Shown: positions 1-13,200 of the stretch, piece by piece
How the letters are laid out: every line of letters starts with the position of its first letter
How positions within the stretch are numbered: the stretch's first letter is position 1
Assembly: GCA_964106915.2 (NCBI GenBank)
Contig: OZ066918.1
Strand: one strand, 5' to 3'
Source: Podarcis gaigeae
Taxonomy: Eukaryota
Length of the DNA: 64,000 nt
Translations under genes and position numbers: made by a program
The notes under the pieces: model-generated
What the model was told of the DNA's origin: nothing
Databases searched by the model: none
The model's input: only the letters and a program-made list of their open reading frames with translations

Positions 1-3000
1 TTCAATTGTACAGTTCTATAGTAGCATTACCTTAAGTCCCCTGTGGCTGGAAGATGCTGCCCACAGAAAGGAACAAACTATTTAGTATGCCTGCAAGAAG
101 CAAATCTGCAGCTTGACTTCTATCACTTCAATTTGTAATGCTCATTTTATTTTTTTGTAGTGGTCTGTATAACTGCATTGGTAATTTAATTTTTGGGAGG
201 AGATATCGCAGAAACCATAGTTCAGAGATGCTGGACTTTTTTAAAAAAAGAAAAACATCTTAATTTACTGTATTAGTTGATCTTCAATGGCTGTTCAATG
301 TGGTTTGTGCATGAATCATTCCAGATTGTAAGTGGGCCTCCCTAAATAACTGCAAATGCTTTACTGAGCGAATGACATACTCACAATGCAGCTTCAAAGT
401 ATTGGGAAAGGAAGTGAAGCACCAAACCAAATACTCCACTCATATTAGATTTTTGTTACTGTGATGGAGTCCAGATTTTGCTTTTGTAAGCTATGGCCAG
501 TATTTTTGCTGGCCTAATAACCAACCCAGGTGTCATGTAATACTACTGATCTATATCAGGAATGGTGAATATTTTTTATATCATCATACACACATACTCA
601 TAGAAGGGTCTAGATGAAAGTTTCCTACCCCTGTTCTATATGTGGGGAAACCCATCATTATAAGCTACTGAAAATAAACCAGCATATCTAAAGACCATAG
701 CCTTAAGGGCCAGTATTTGTTTTCTGTGGAGAATTGCTTTCTGTTCAGTCACACTGGCAGTGACCTTCCAAGATCTGTCTTTCCAACCCAGCCACCCGCT
801 AAGATACTTTAAACTGGAGGTGTGTAGGACCTAACTTGGGACCGTCCACATGTAAAGCATGACAAAGCAATAATCTCTTCATTTTAGGATTTTTTTCAGA
901 TCTTCCTGTTTTCCGAAACATTTTCAAGCACTCAAGAACATCTATCAAGTCTAGAGTCTTGTACCTTAGAGATCAGACATGGGGACAGTGAATGCAAATC
1001 ATATTTGTGTTATGCCACAAAAGTAAATCTGTGTACAGATAATTGTGTAGTACGGTCTCCACTAAATGATTATGGAGGTTAAACTGTGAATACAGTTGCA
1101 GAAAAGCTTGAGGAATGAAACAAAACTCCGTTGTTTTTCTTCCATAGTTTCACTGAACTATGAAGTAGTAACTAGCATCAATATAAATGTAGAAGTGAAT
1201 GTTATCAGTGATAAAAAATGACTAGGCTAACTTCCAACAGTTTCCGCAAGCATATTATACAACTTTTTAAGTTGTCACTTTATTCCTCTCACATTCTAAC
1301 TCTCAGTTTACCAGCAGGACCATCTCACATGCTTTCCTCATTAATAGGCCAACAAACAAGTAACAAAACTGCATGACTAGCTTTCAAGTACTACTTGTAA
1401 AAGAGGCTTTATACAAGAATGTGTACTAGGCAAACACATTTATCACACAGTGATTCATTTTTCCTTCCACAGAATTAAAATCAACTTTGAAAGCTGGGAA
1501 ACAACAAAATGAAGCAGGGTCTAATTTGAAAACTGCATTGATGTTTAATAAGTGTCAAGACTTTAATTTATAAAGTTACAAGTACGTAGCATAGTTCATG
1601 GCACAAAATCATAAGCATATATTTTAATTATGTATGTATTTATAGTCTGCTTTCGTAAATGTTTATCAAGGCAACATACAACATGCAAAAGGAAAATTAA
1701 TTCAGTAAAGCATCAATAAAACACCACTAAAACACCAGTAAATATTAGGTTATAAGAATTTTTTTTTTGTAGTAAACATCTATCTAAACAGTTTTCATAC
1801 AGCATTTATCTCCCTTGACTGGCCTATCTGAAGTTAGATGAATTTGAAAACATTCCATTATTTCCAAATAGTAAAAATACAGTATTACAAGTCTGTTGAG
1901 CTTAATAGGACCACAGATTGAATGCTACAGACCCGATGTAAGAGCACCTTTATTAAAGCTGCTGTTGGCAGAACAGAACACAATTATACACAGAATTGAG
2001 AAGATTTTTCTCCAAGAGGTGATAACTGTGTTCTACCAGTTTGAGTTTTGAACTTAAGTATGATGTAAATTAAGTAACCAAATGTACTGCATCTATATGC
2101 ATAAAGGCAACACACCTAAGCATAATTCTGCAAGTGTTAATATTTTATCCATAATTATCAAGCTTTAAGACTATATTAAAGTAACTATTATGTTTGGGTC
2201 AAAATGTCTTCTTTCAAATGGAGAAACTCTTATTAACATGAGAATGCTAAAACAAAGAAACAGGCAACACATTAAGAGTGGACTAGGGAATTCTATGTAG
2301 GATTTTGGAGATTGCTTAGGTAACAATCTCCTCCCCACAGAATCCTATTGGGGGCGGGCTCTCCCGACCCTCCAGAGCAGATTTAAAGAAGATACAGAGA
2401 GTACCATCCCTGTTGCACCAGTGGGAGTGTTTGCACTGCTAGTAGAATGGGGTGATTGAATCTGACCCTAAGGCTGCAACCCTAGAGTTTTCTATTTGAG
2501 GGGAAGCTCCATTTAGTTCAGTGGCACTTATACTTCTGGGTTGATGTTCACAGGATTGCACTGAAGGGACAGATTACTTAACTTTTTGCCTTTTATATAT
2601 CCTTTTAACTGTCTGCCCCTACTAGGTGCAGATTTTCCATCATCAATCAAGTACATGGAAATAGCCTCTTCAATATTTCCACACATTTCTTTCTTCTGTT
2701 GCACTGGTTAGTATTACTGTATCTGTCAAAGATTTGGGAAATCATGCTATCAGTAAAAGTGACAAGAGCCAGGTCAATACCCTTCCTGCAAACAGAGACT
2801 ATTTATTCTTTCTCCTCATCTTATCTCTTCCGTCTGCCATCACTCTAAAAATAACTTTAGTGTAAATATTGCTGGTGCTTGGGACACTTTTGTGCATCCT
2901 GACCAATCATCTGATTTGAGAACCAAGGGATTAGGAAATCTGGGCACACAATGCAATTATCAGACTTTCCTGCCCCCCCCCCCCCGGCATCCAGACAACT

Positions 3001-6000
3001 CTAATGCAGGCAGGATAGAACTTTACATGCCATTTCCAAAGTACCGTACTTCCCAAAACAACAGTGCAACCGAAACTATGTATTGGGCTTATTCTCCCTT
3101 GTGGCTTCAAAGTCAATAGCTCCAATGTTAGAAGCCGCAGGCACACGCACACATGCACACAGTTGTTTCACTATGACACACTGTGTACACATGACAGTGT
3201 TAAGGAGATTGCATGCAATGCCCTTTGTCTTAAAAGCATGACTTTTTAAACACTGGAACAAAGATAAAAGAAGCTGCATGCATTTTCCAAAGCACTGTCC
3301 AGTGCTAAGCACCATCTCCACTGCAAACCAAGACAGGATAGTTAGTGGGTGGTGGCAGTGTGAGGGGAAAGGAGCCAAGTGAATGAGAAGCATGAGGGTG
3401 AGTGACGTTTACTTAAGATCCTTAAGAGGTTGCCACCCACAACTGCCATTAATTCAGCTAGCTGGAACCAATGTAAGTTGGAGCCCAACATCAACTGATG
3501 GCCAAAGATTCACCATCCTGCTTTAGTATGTAAGGCTCAGCTGAAAGCTCCTATGTAGAATTGGGATGTGAGTGGAGGGAAAGGGAATCCCCTGAAAAGA
3601 ATTTGGAAGTGGAGAAAGTACAACTTCTGCCTGGAGTTATTCATAGCAGCTGACATTTTTACTAAAATCCCTCAGAGTGATGCAATATTGCTTGGTGGGA
3701 TGGGACTGATGGCACTAGGATCATTTCAGGACAGTAAAAGCAAATCTTGCACCCCAAGGATTTAATCTTCTCTTCAAATATTGTCAAAATGCCTCCATTT
3801 TGTTGCACAGAAAGGTTAAAGCCTAATACTTTTGTGGACTATGTACTGCCACATTAACTTTCTCACTGTCCCCTCCCTCTTGCCTATTTTTCAGCTAACA
3901 GAAACATGGATTGTGCCTAATGAAGTTTAATCTAATCTCATTGCTGCTTGCCTTCCAGCAGGCAGCTAAGATTTACAATTATCTATGCTCTGGTCACATT
4001 CCATTTATACAACATATACATGGGGCTGTCTTTAAGCAATGCATCTGGTTCAAAATTAAGTAGTTAGGCTTCCAATGAGGATGGGCAAAAAGAAAGTAGA
4101 AGAAGCTTGCCAGTCTCAACATGACTGCCAATAGCTTCCAATCTATTTAAGATGACAATTCAAAAACATATTTTAATCTTTTTCAGGCAAGCCTCCCTAT
4201 GAAGAAAATTCCATAATCAAAATGCTACAATGGAAAAAGCACTATCACCTTACCACCCATCCTACCATTCTAATGCTATTCTGCTGTCTCTAATGTTGCT
4301 ATTTTGGTCACATACCAAAGAGCCAATCAGTACAAATGCTCCCTAGTGGTTCTTTATAACCACTGCAAAACTTTATTGCCTAATAATTATGTACTCTACA
4401 TATGCATGCACACAAACCAGATTTAGACCCAATGCTACTTTGGCTGTTCCAATAAGATTGACACCCTGCCATTTGATCAAATAATGTTCACAGTGGCTTA
4501 CAATTGACTGAAATAATCAACACCCACTCATCTGTATTAGTTCCCCAACAGTAGATGAAACTAGGCCATACTTTCCTACAGTTTTGCTGTCCCTGAGCAA
4601 CCAAGAGTTGTTCAGTATACTTTGTGACAAGGAGGTAGCTGCTCCTTTACTGGCTGATGGATTCAGACTGGTCTCCCCTTACTATGATAGGAGGAAGAGG
4701 GTGAATCTTCCCAGTGGCCTTTGGCCCCTGTGCAAAAGGCAGAGTTGGAGTACATAGCTTTGCTGACCCAGGACAAATGTCTTCATAACAAACAGAATAA
4801 ATTATACTAATGCTTTTTTAAAGATGGCTTAGATTCACAGGTAACATATCTACAGATAAATTAATATTTTAAACCAACAACCAAGAAATTTATATAGTGT
4901 TAATCCCATATTCTTGGCTGTATTAGAATACAAACCTCACATTATTTCCACCTACATCTTGAGAGCAGAACTGCAATACACTTGGCATGATACAAATGTG
5001 TGCACTTTGTGACTACTATGCTATACAGTGTAATTCGAGGAATTAAAAAGAACAACCTGTTTGTTTGACTAAGTTGTGAGCAGAGGGAAATAGTGCTGGA
5101 AGCAGTAATGTCAACATCACAATATGCTAATAAAGCATTCTATGCAACTCAGAATTTTGCATACGGATGCCTCCTTAGGTTGCTTCAGTATCATTGACCT
5201 GCAGGGTGTTTTGTGTCACCTTAAAGACTAACAGTTGCATTGTCACATGAGCTTTCATACATCATAGCCCCTTTGTCAGATGCAATATTTATCTGCTTTG
5301 TATCTTCTGTCATTTCCAACCAACACAGCAGCCACTGTCTACTGAACAGCCTATTCATAATGCTTTCTTCAGAAATAAAAACATGTCAATATAAAGCTTT
5401 TCAGTCTGGAGAAAGGAAATGGCTGAAAATTCTGTAACCCGAGGCAAACATTTGTTGCTATCCAATGTTCAAGCATGTAATATGATCACCAAGAGCAAGT
5501 CTTGCTTTTATTATAATGGGTTCCTTACCATTAGAACTCAATTAGAAGCCCCAGAGGAATATTTCTCTTCCTACTGATAAAAAACATATGCATAAAAATT
5601 GCCTTAATGAAAGTTTGAAACATTTGTTCACTTCAATTCAGGAAATAGTGTGTAAGATGACATCACATAACAATAAAATGACAAGAAAGATCAAACATCT
5701 AAGCTTCCAGAAGTCTGTTTTAGTTTAATATAACTGCTACTTTTTCAAATTATAGTGAATTTAATTTGGATTCTTACCCAGATCAAGTTTGAAATCACCA
5801 AAATACAGTGTAGCTTTTGAAAACGAATTCTGCAAAAGTTTCCACATATATCAGTTAGTGAACTGCTTTGGGTAGCAGTCTCAGTGCCCTTCTCCCTAGT
5901 TACGAATGTCACAACTTTCAGCTTGTTTTATTGGGTTTCCTTTATTAGCTTTTATGAATTATATCAAATTTACTACTTTAAATTCAACTGAAGTTATCTT

Positions 6001-8172
6001 ATTCTTTTAAAAAGTCAAAATAAACACAACAGGGCCACAACATTTTGATTGATGGATTACTGACAACCCTGGATCCCCAATACACATCCAATCCATATTC
6101 CTCTTTGGAATATCTAGACCAGAAGTAGGAAATCCTTTTGGCTGGGGGAGCAGACCTTTACTTTCCCCCACCTTGTGGGTCAACTTTGACAGGTGAGTGG
6201 GGTGACCCATGGGGGTGGGGTCTGCTTTGCCAATACATTCCCTGTGGGGAATTCAACTCCACGCCCAGTTCATTACCTGATACCACTCAGTGATGTTAAC
6301 TGATTGGCAGGTCAGTGTTCTTTGGTGGAAATGGGACTCATAGGTCTACTAGGACATCCAAGGGCAGAGGTGTCCCATACCAATATAGACAGACCTCAAA
6401 CCTGCCCAGTGCTAACATAATGGCATTCTTTATAAAGAAATTAAAAGCACTATACTATTTATACAGTTATAAGATGAATAGTTATAGAGATACCTTTATG
6501 CAGCCTTGATAGAGTTAATTGTATCCTGTTATAAAATCATGGGTGCTAACATTGGTAGCACTCAGAGCCCAGCCATTAATCAATGGCTTTAAATAATTAT
6601 CTACTCTTAGCATAACTTGGATATCACCTCTTATTAGTCAGTAAATCAAATCCCATAAAATAATAGTTTACAGAATGCCTTTTTTTTTTTTACTCAACAA
6701 AATGCCGGTTTTTAAAAAATAGGCTCAATTATGGCTTATAATGTAAAATGTTTTTATATATATTCTGTTCTGAAAGTATATTAAATGCTATCAATATGTT
6801 GAAAACCATATTCTACCCATTCTGCTTATTGTTGCTGAATTCCACAAGTCTCCTAGAAATCGTTTACAGAGATTAGAGGCCAGTCTAAGGCACAAAACTA
6901 AAAATGGATAATTAAGTGGAGAATAGCAACAGACAGCTGGAAGGAAAAATTAACTACTGTTTTAACAAATGCTTAACTGTACAACTGATGGTCATTTCCA
7001 CATCTTGGGAAACAGAAACTGACAGATGGCAGAAATCTATAAAGTTTATTCATAGTTCCTTATTCAATTCAGAGATAAATATGCAGCATGAAAAAGAAAC
7101 TGAAATCTGAGCAAATAAAACTACAAAATGGCTTTAGGAAATCCCAAACCATGGCACTAGGAGACTGCTCAGAAAATAGTGTCCTAGAAGTGCTATATTC
7201 AAGACAAAACTGGAATCATGCGTTTTTTCTACCATAAAAATATATTTTAGCAAAAATATATACATGAACAGCTAATACGCCCTTTTGGTACCTTGCTTCC
7301 TCCTCTTAAAATAAACGTTTGAGGTTAACAAGAATTAACTCATACCTTGGAGAAAATGACTTGCCTTATAAAGGGATGGGTGGATACATTCTACATACAC
7401 ACTCCATGTACTGAAGTGTGAAAGAAAGCCTCCAGATTACTCATGAGGTATACACCCAGCTCATAAGTGACTAATGAAAGATGGCAAGAATCAGCATGTA
7501 CACCATACTTCCTTGATTTGAAGAATTAAAAATTATTAACCCTGGATAATATCAACTGTACTATTATGTATACTGATATGCCATCTTGGGCTTCTTTGGG
7601 AAGAAAGGTGGGATGTAAACTAATAAGATTTCTGTGCTTGTGTATAACAGAGGAAGTTAGTTGCTTTTGTTTTCAACTCATTGCAGGAATTGAGAATGTT
7701 GTGTCTGATGTGCAATAATAGATAAGCGTAGCTAGTCTTTTCTACTGTTATGAATCTTAATCCCATACTGAATCCAAGATTTCTGTGCTGCTCAGGAAGA
7801 TGAAAGCATACTCCATGAGTAAAGCAAGGAATTGGATGATTAAAATATCAAACGTACAGCCTTAAACAATTATGGTACTTTTCACTAAAGTTGAAGAGAA
7901 TAGCACTGCATGTGCAAAACTTCCAGAAGCTAACATGATGCAATATGTTCAGGAGATTGGCATCTATAACTGTATGAATGAGTCATACAAGACACACTTT
8001 AAAGCATGTTCCACAGAAATGCTGTATCAGGATGTGCAATATATGGTGTTCTGGGAGTTGCTAAATCACAACTCCCATCATCCCCAGCTACTAACCATAC
8101 TGACAATGGCTACTGGGAGATGGAGTCTTACAATATCTGGAAGACCACAGGTTTCCCACCCTGTCCTTGTGC

Positions 8173-8211
<39 letters not shown>

Positions 8212-9233
8212 TTCTACCCAACCCATCTGGCTGGGTTTCCCCAACCACTCTGGGTGGCTTCCAACAGAAGGTTAAAAATACATCAAAACATCAAACATTA
8301 AAAACTTCCCTAAACAGGGCTATATCTCTCCACCATAATTTTTTTAAGTGAAAGTGAATTTTTGGTAGTATTTTATGTTCCTCTTTTAATGCTAATGAAA
8401 AGCTAAAACAAAGATTTAGCTTTGGGTATTCCAACACTTACACTTTGGCTTTCTATGCAAATGCAGTTAAGGTGGCTAAATACAAAAACAAAACAATATA
8501 ATCAGGTAGAATCTAATGAAACCAGCAGAGAGCAAATGAACTACTGTATTCAAAAAGTCTCAGTTAAAAAATGCCTACTGAAAGCAACAGTTTTCAAGGC
8601 ATGTTTGAAAGCAGGTAATGAAGAGACATATAAATGTCCCAGGAGAAATTATTCCATAACCTGGGTGCAACCATCGAAAAGGCCTCTCTCATTCCAACTA
8701 GCTGCACCTGTGTCAGCAGAAGGACAGCAAACCTCAAGCTGATTTGTCCAGTCCAGGCTGTCAGGGCATTTAAGGCCCAATCAACCTCTTGAATTGAGCC
8801 TGGAAAGAAACCAAATGCTGTTAAGTTGGTACAACCAAATTCCTGGTGACTCCAGATAACAGTTTCGCAGCAGTATTCTGAACCAATTGAACTGTGTTCA
8901 AGAGGAGCCCCTTGTAGGATACTTTACATAATACAACCTGGGAGTGACTAAGCCATGAACAAATGAGACTTGATCTGATTTCTCAATGAAAGGGTGCAAG
9001 ATAGTAGACCAGATAGTTATGTCACAGGCACCTGCATAAATAGGGCAGATCCAGGAACCACTCCCAAATCTATGAGCCTGATGCTGGGAGTGCAACCTGG
9101 CATATAACAGATTAAATATTTATTGCAAGAACAGTAGTACTACCAACCAAATGAGAGGTTCAGGGGAATCAACAGGATCACAGTCCTCCATCTCCCAGGA
9201 CAGGTCACCCAACAGGGTGAACAAGGCAATCTC

Positions 9234-10010
9234 TTTTTTTAAATGATATTTTGGCAATTTAAAATACACATCAACAATTCCTTTTACATTGACATATGTC
9301 TTCCACATTATTTTTCTATGCATATTTGCATACTTTAAATAATAATTATTGACTTCCCTCTACCTCTTAACAGCTTCTTCTCACTTTATTTCATTTTCTT
9401 TTGTACCATGTCAAAATCCTAACAAACTTTTCTTTACAGCAAAAGCCTCCAAAGGCGATAACCACCATGGTGTATTTGGTTCTAATAACTTTTTGGTATC
9501 ATTCCCAGACTGAGTATTTTCTAATTATATGCTCGAGGAAACCTCTATGTGCTTTCACTCTGTTATAGCCCAAATACCCCTGCCAGCTGAATCTATTATC
9601 CCACCCCTCTATGTCCAATATATTTGTGTTTTTCAAAATCATCCATTCCGTTGTCGAGCAACGACATGCAGCTTCATAGTATAATTTGAGGTCCGGCAAT
9701 GCAAAGCCCCCTCTGTCCCTTTTCTCCGTCAAAAGTTTATACTTTTTGCCTTGCCATATGAACTTTGCTAGTTCTTTCTGCCACTATTTAAAGCAGCTTG
9801 TCCTGCTTATTATAGGGATCATTTGGAATAAGAATAGCATTTTTGGCAGCACTGACATCTTGATAGTCAAGATTCTTCCCCATAACAATAGATTTAGTCT
9901 ACTCCAAATTCCCAGGTCTTTTTTGATCTCCATCCATACTTCCGCATAATTATTGATATATAGATATATATTTTTTGTAGAGATCCAAATTCCTAGATAT
10001 TTGATCTTTT
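9234..10010 (-). mobile_element. 5'-truncated L1-clade LINE with 16-bp TSD
   Basis: ORF2 remnants KYLGIWI, KMSVLPKMLFLFQMIP, RGGFALPDLKLYYEAA. TGAACAAGGCAATCTC is duplicated exactly at 9218-9233 and 10011-10026; short A-tail at 9234-9240 on the minus strand. Confidence 0.9.
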
Positions 10011-11155
10011 TGAACAAGGCAATCTCAGCCCCACACCAAAATGAAGAGTACAGTACTGAAATACTATCATATGAAGAGCCCTGGTGACTCAGACCATAGA
10101 CCCATCTAGTCCAGTAACCTATTCTCACCGCAACAACAAGATGCCTGGAGGAAGTTTCAAAGCAGAATTTGAGCACACTCTTCCCCACTTTCAAATGCCA
10201 ACAACTGGTACACAGAGGTATACTACCTCCTACATAATGAAACTATAGAATTGGCTCTTATAAGATGTAGTGACAACCAGTAAGCTGGATGTCCTTAAAA
10301 GACAATTCGTAAAATTAGTACCATGCACTAAAGAATGAGATGCCTGAAAATTGTATTATTGCTTCCTCTAAGTGTGTTTTTCCTGAAAACACTTAATACT
10401 TGTTCTACCAATCTCTAATATGCAAACCTCTCAATTCTGCTCTCTGATGAGCTCATGCTTTAAAATGCTGTTTTGCATATATTCACATATATTCCCCCAA
10501 CCACCATAAATCAGCAATTCAAAACCAAAGGCATAGTACTGTATCTATGAGGAATGGGATTCTTCCTTTTAGGAGTTACTTTATAAAGATCTTGCTAAGC
10601 CTAAGCCAACTGTTTAGAAAGCAGCTTGTCATCTAGAGAAAGGAAGGTTGAAGTGATAAGCAGCACTTGCAGAAGTCATACAAAAACAATGTTATATGAA
10701 AAACACACACAAAATTGAGTATTTCCCCCCTAGCAATGTACTTTGATGAAAGAAACTAATTTCATGCTTTCATAACAAACTGCATCTAGTAAGGCCTGCA
10801 TTTTGACAGTGGTGAAATGAAGAGAATCCAGCATATATACATGCAAGAAACTCTTCTTTTTTTATAAATGAAATTCAAAACCAGTCATAGTTGAAAAACC
10901 AGCCAACAAGAACAACTTTGCAATACCAAAGAGGGAAAAAAGGGTGGATCAATGATCCAATACTTTTCCATCTCATATTTCTATTATTCTAAACTGCGAC
11001 AATTCATAGAATCAAAGAACTGTAGAGCTGGAAGGCTGGCATGATCAAAAGAAAAACCATGTTTGCCCTAAGATGTAAACAACAGAACAACCAAAATCAT
11101 TCTAAGGATAATGAAATCTTTATGATAAAATGAGATGTTCCTAAGTTACAGGTTA

Positions 11156-11380
<225 letters not shown>

Positions 11381-12449
11381 TTAAACTACCAGTAACTCAA
11401 AAACTGTATCAAAACCTCAGAGTAGACAACAGTTTGGCTTTTTCCAACACCTTTCTTCCTTGCTTTATGATCCAAAGGGATAAAAGGCACACAATTGCGG
11501 CAGTTATGTCACGTGAGAACTTTGATGCTGCCAGCAAACCAACAGAAAAAAAGAGTTTTTGACCTTAATTTTTAGATGCAGTATACAATAATCCAATGTC
11601 AAGTAGAACAACTTCTTTCAAGTCTATCTCTCTAGCTTTAAAAGCCAAAGAATCATTTGATCGCAAATTTCTTGCTCATAATAACCATACCATAGTACAT
11701 GGCAAGGCCCCAAAGATGCTACTAGATAAAGTACATTGATGGTCTACAGCCATCAGTTGTGGCCGTCTTGGGGCTGGAAAAAACACACCAGCACAATATT
11801 TTTGATGGTGTAGCAAAACATCTGGTGGAGAATACTTGTGCCAAACAACGAAAGGGCAGACAGCAGTATTCAAATCCTACTACTCCAATACTACTTATTG
11901 AGCAACAAGGATTATAGGCACCATTTCAGGACAAGCTTCCTTTCGCTTGATGAAACAGCTTCAGGACTCCAACACTGTGAAGACTGCACATCCTCCTTCA
12001 TGTTTTGGGTAAAATAAAATAAAAAGACTCCTTATTCAATGGGCGTTGGGAGCCAGTTTCGCCTGTTGGAGAGAAGAGGAAAGTGAGAAAGACCGTCCCG
12101 CCTTGACAACTCACGAACTCTCCGGTCCCTCCCCGAAAGACACTTAACCAATCCCCACAACAATTCAAAGTCAATCATGGATTTTGCTTTAAGGCGTGAG
12201 GGAGGGGCTCCACCGGAGTTTTTGAGGGATAAAGTGGAGCTACTCCACAAAGCAGGGGGCGTGTGAAATAAATCTCCCCCCTCCCCGCTTCACTTCTGTG
12301 TGGAAAAGAAAAGCCATAGGAGTCTGGGCTGAAGGAGACCTCCCCCCCTCCGGAGAATTAGTACCAACGGTCGTAACGACAACAAGCCCCACTTTTTTTA
12401 GTATTGGGGGGGGGTAGGAAGTGGGAAAGGAAAAGCGCTGCGAATAAAG

Positions 12450-13200
12450 GAGCCCACGACCCACAGGGAAGCTCATTTCAGCCTCTCACCCGGCCCGAGA
12501 CGGATCCGGCGTCTTCGTCTTCGCCGCCGCCTTCTGTGTTCCCACTTCCTCTGTGGGGGCGGGGCAGAGAAATAAGCCTCCTTATGCCGATTTCCTCTCC
12601 TCCTCCCCCCGCCTCCAACCACCACCCGAGCCCGGCTGCGCTTCGCTTCTCTCCCTCGCTCCCAACTACAGTCACGCACGCGCACTCTCCTCAGCCACTC
12701 TCGACCGAGAGCCTGGTAGAAAAGCCACTCCCAACTCGCTCTCCTCCCGCTCCACTCTCAACCGCCTCGCTTTGGCACTAAACTACGCATGCGCGGTTCC
12801 ACTCCAGTTCCGCCAGATGCCTCTTTCCCGGACTCGCGCTATGACTCCCCCCGCCTCTCTCTCATGTACGTAGCCGGGTTTCAAAGAAACGGGGGCGGAG
12901 GAAGGTGGAGAGGGAGGAGCTTAAAAGAGAAGGGCGGCCGCCTGAGGTAGACTTCCTTCCGGTTTCGCCTCCCACCGACCCCCTCTCCTGTCCCATGCGC
13001 GTGACGCCTAGGAAACCCGCCCGTCAGCGACGGAGAGCCAATAGGAGCGCGCCGAGTTCTTTGGCGGGTAAGTGGCGCAGCGTCGACCGTTTTGAGGAGG
13101 GGGAGAGATTACGGCACTTTGGGGAAAAAGGAACGGTTAAAAGGGGCAACTTTCTTTTGTGCTGGTTTAGTGGTTTTTGGCGATTACTTTGTGCTCGTTT
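12450..13200. promoter_or_regulatory. CpG island, candidate bidirectional SLK/STN1 promoter
   Basis: GC- and CpG-rich block between divergent genes. Motifs: ACTACA 12665, NRF1-like ACGCATGCGCG 12785-12795, GC box 12891-12900, ETS/GABPA ACTTCCTTCCGG 12951-12962, TGACG 13002, CCAAT 13038. Outward-facing donors at 12489 (-) and 13068 (+, CGG|GTAAGT). Confidence 0.8.
12490..12700 (-). other. SLK: Putative non-coding first exon of SLK (5' boundary approximate)
   Basis: Minus-strand donor CGG|GTGAGA at 12489 inside the CpG island. Matching acceptor ctctttttttctgttggtttgctggcag ends at 11528, so the coding exon would begin at 11527. Confidence 0.5.

Noticed and set aside
10444-10460. CTGATGAGCTCATGC resembling a hammerhead start
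   Set aside because: Stem II and GAAA are absent, so it cannot form the core.
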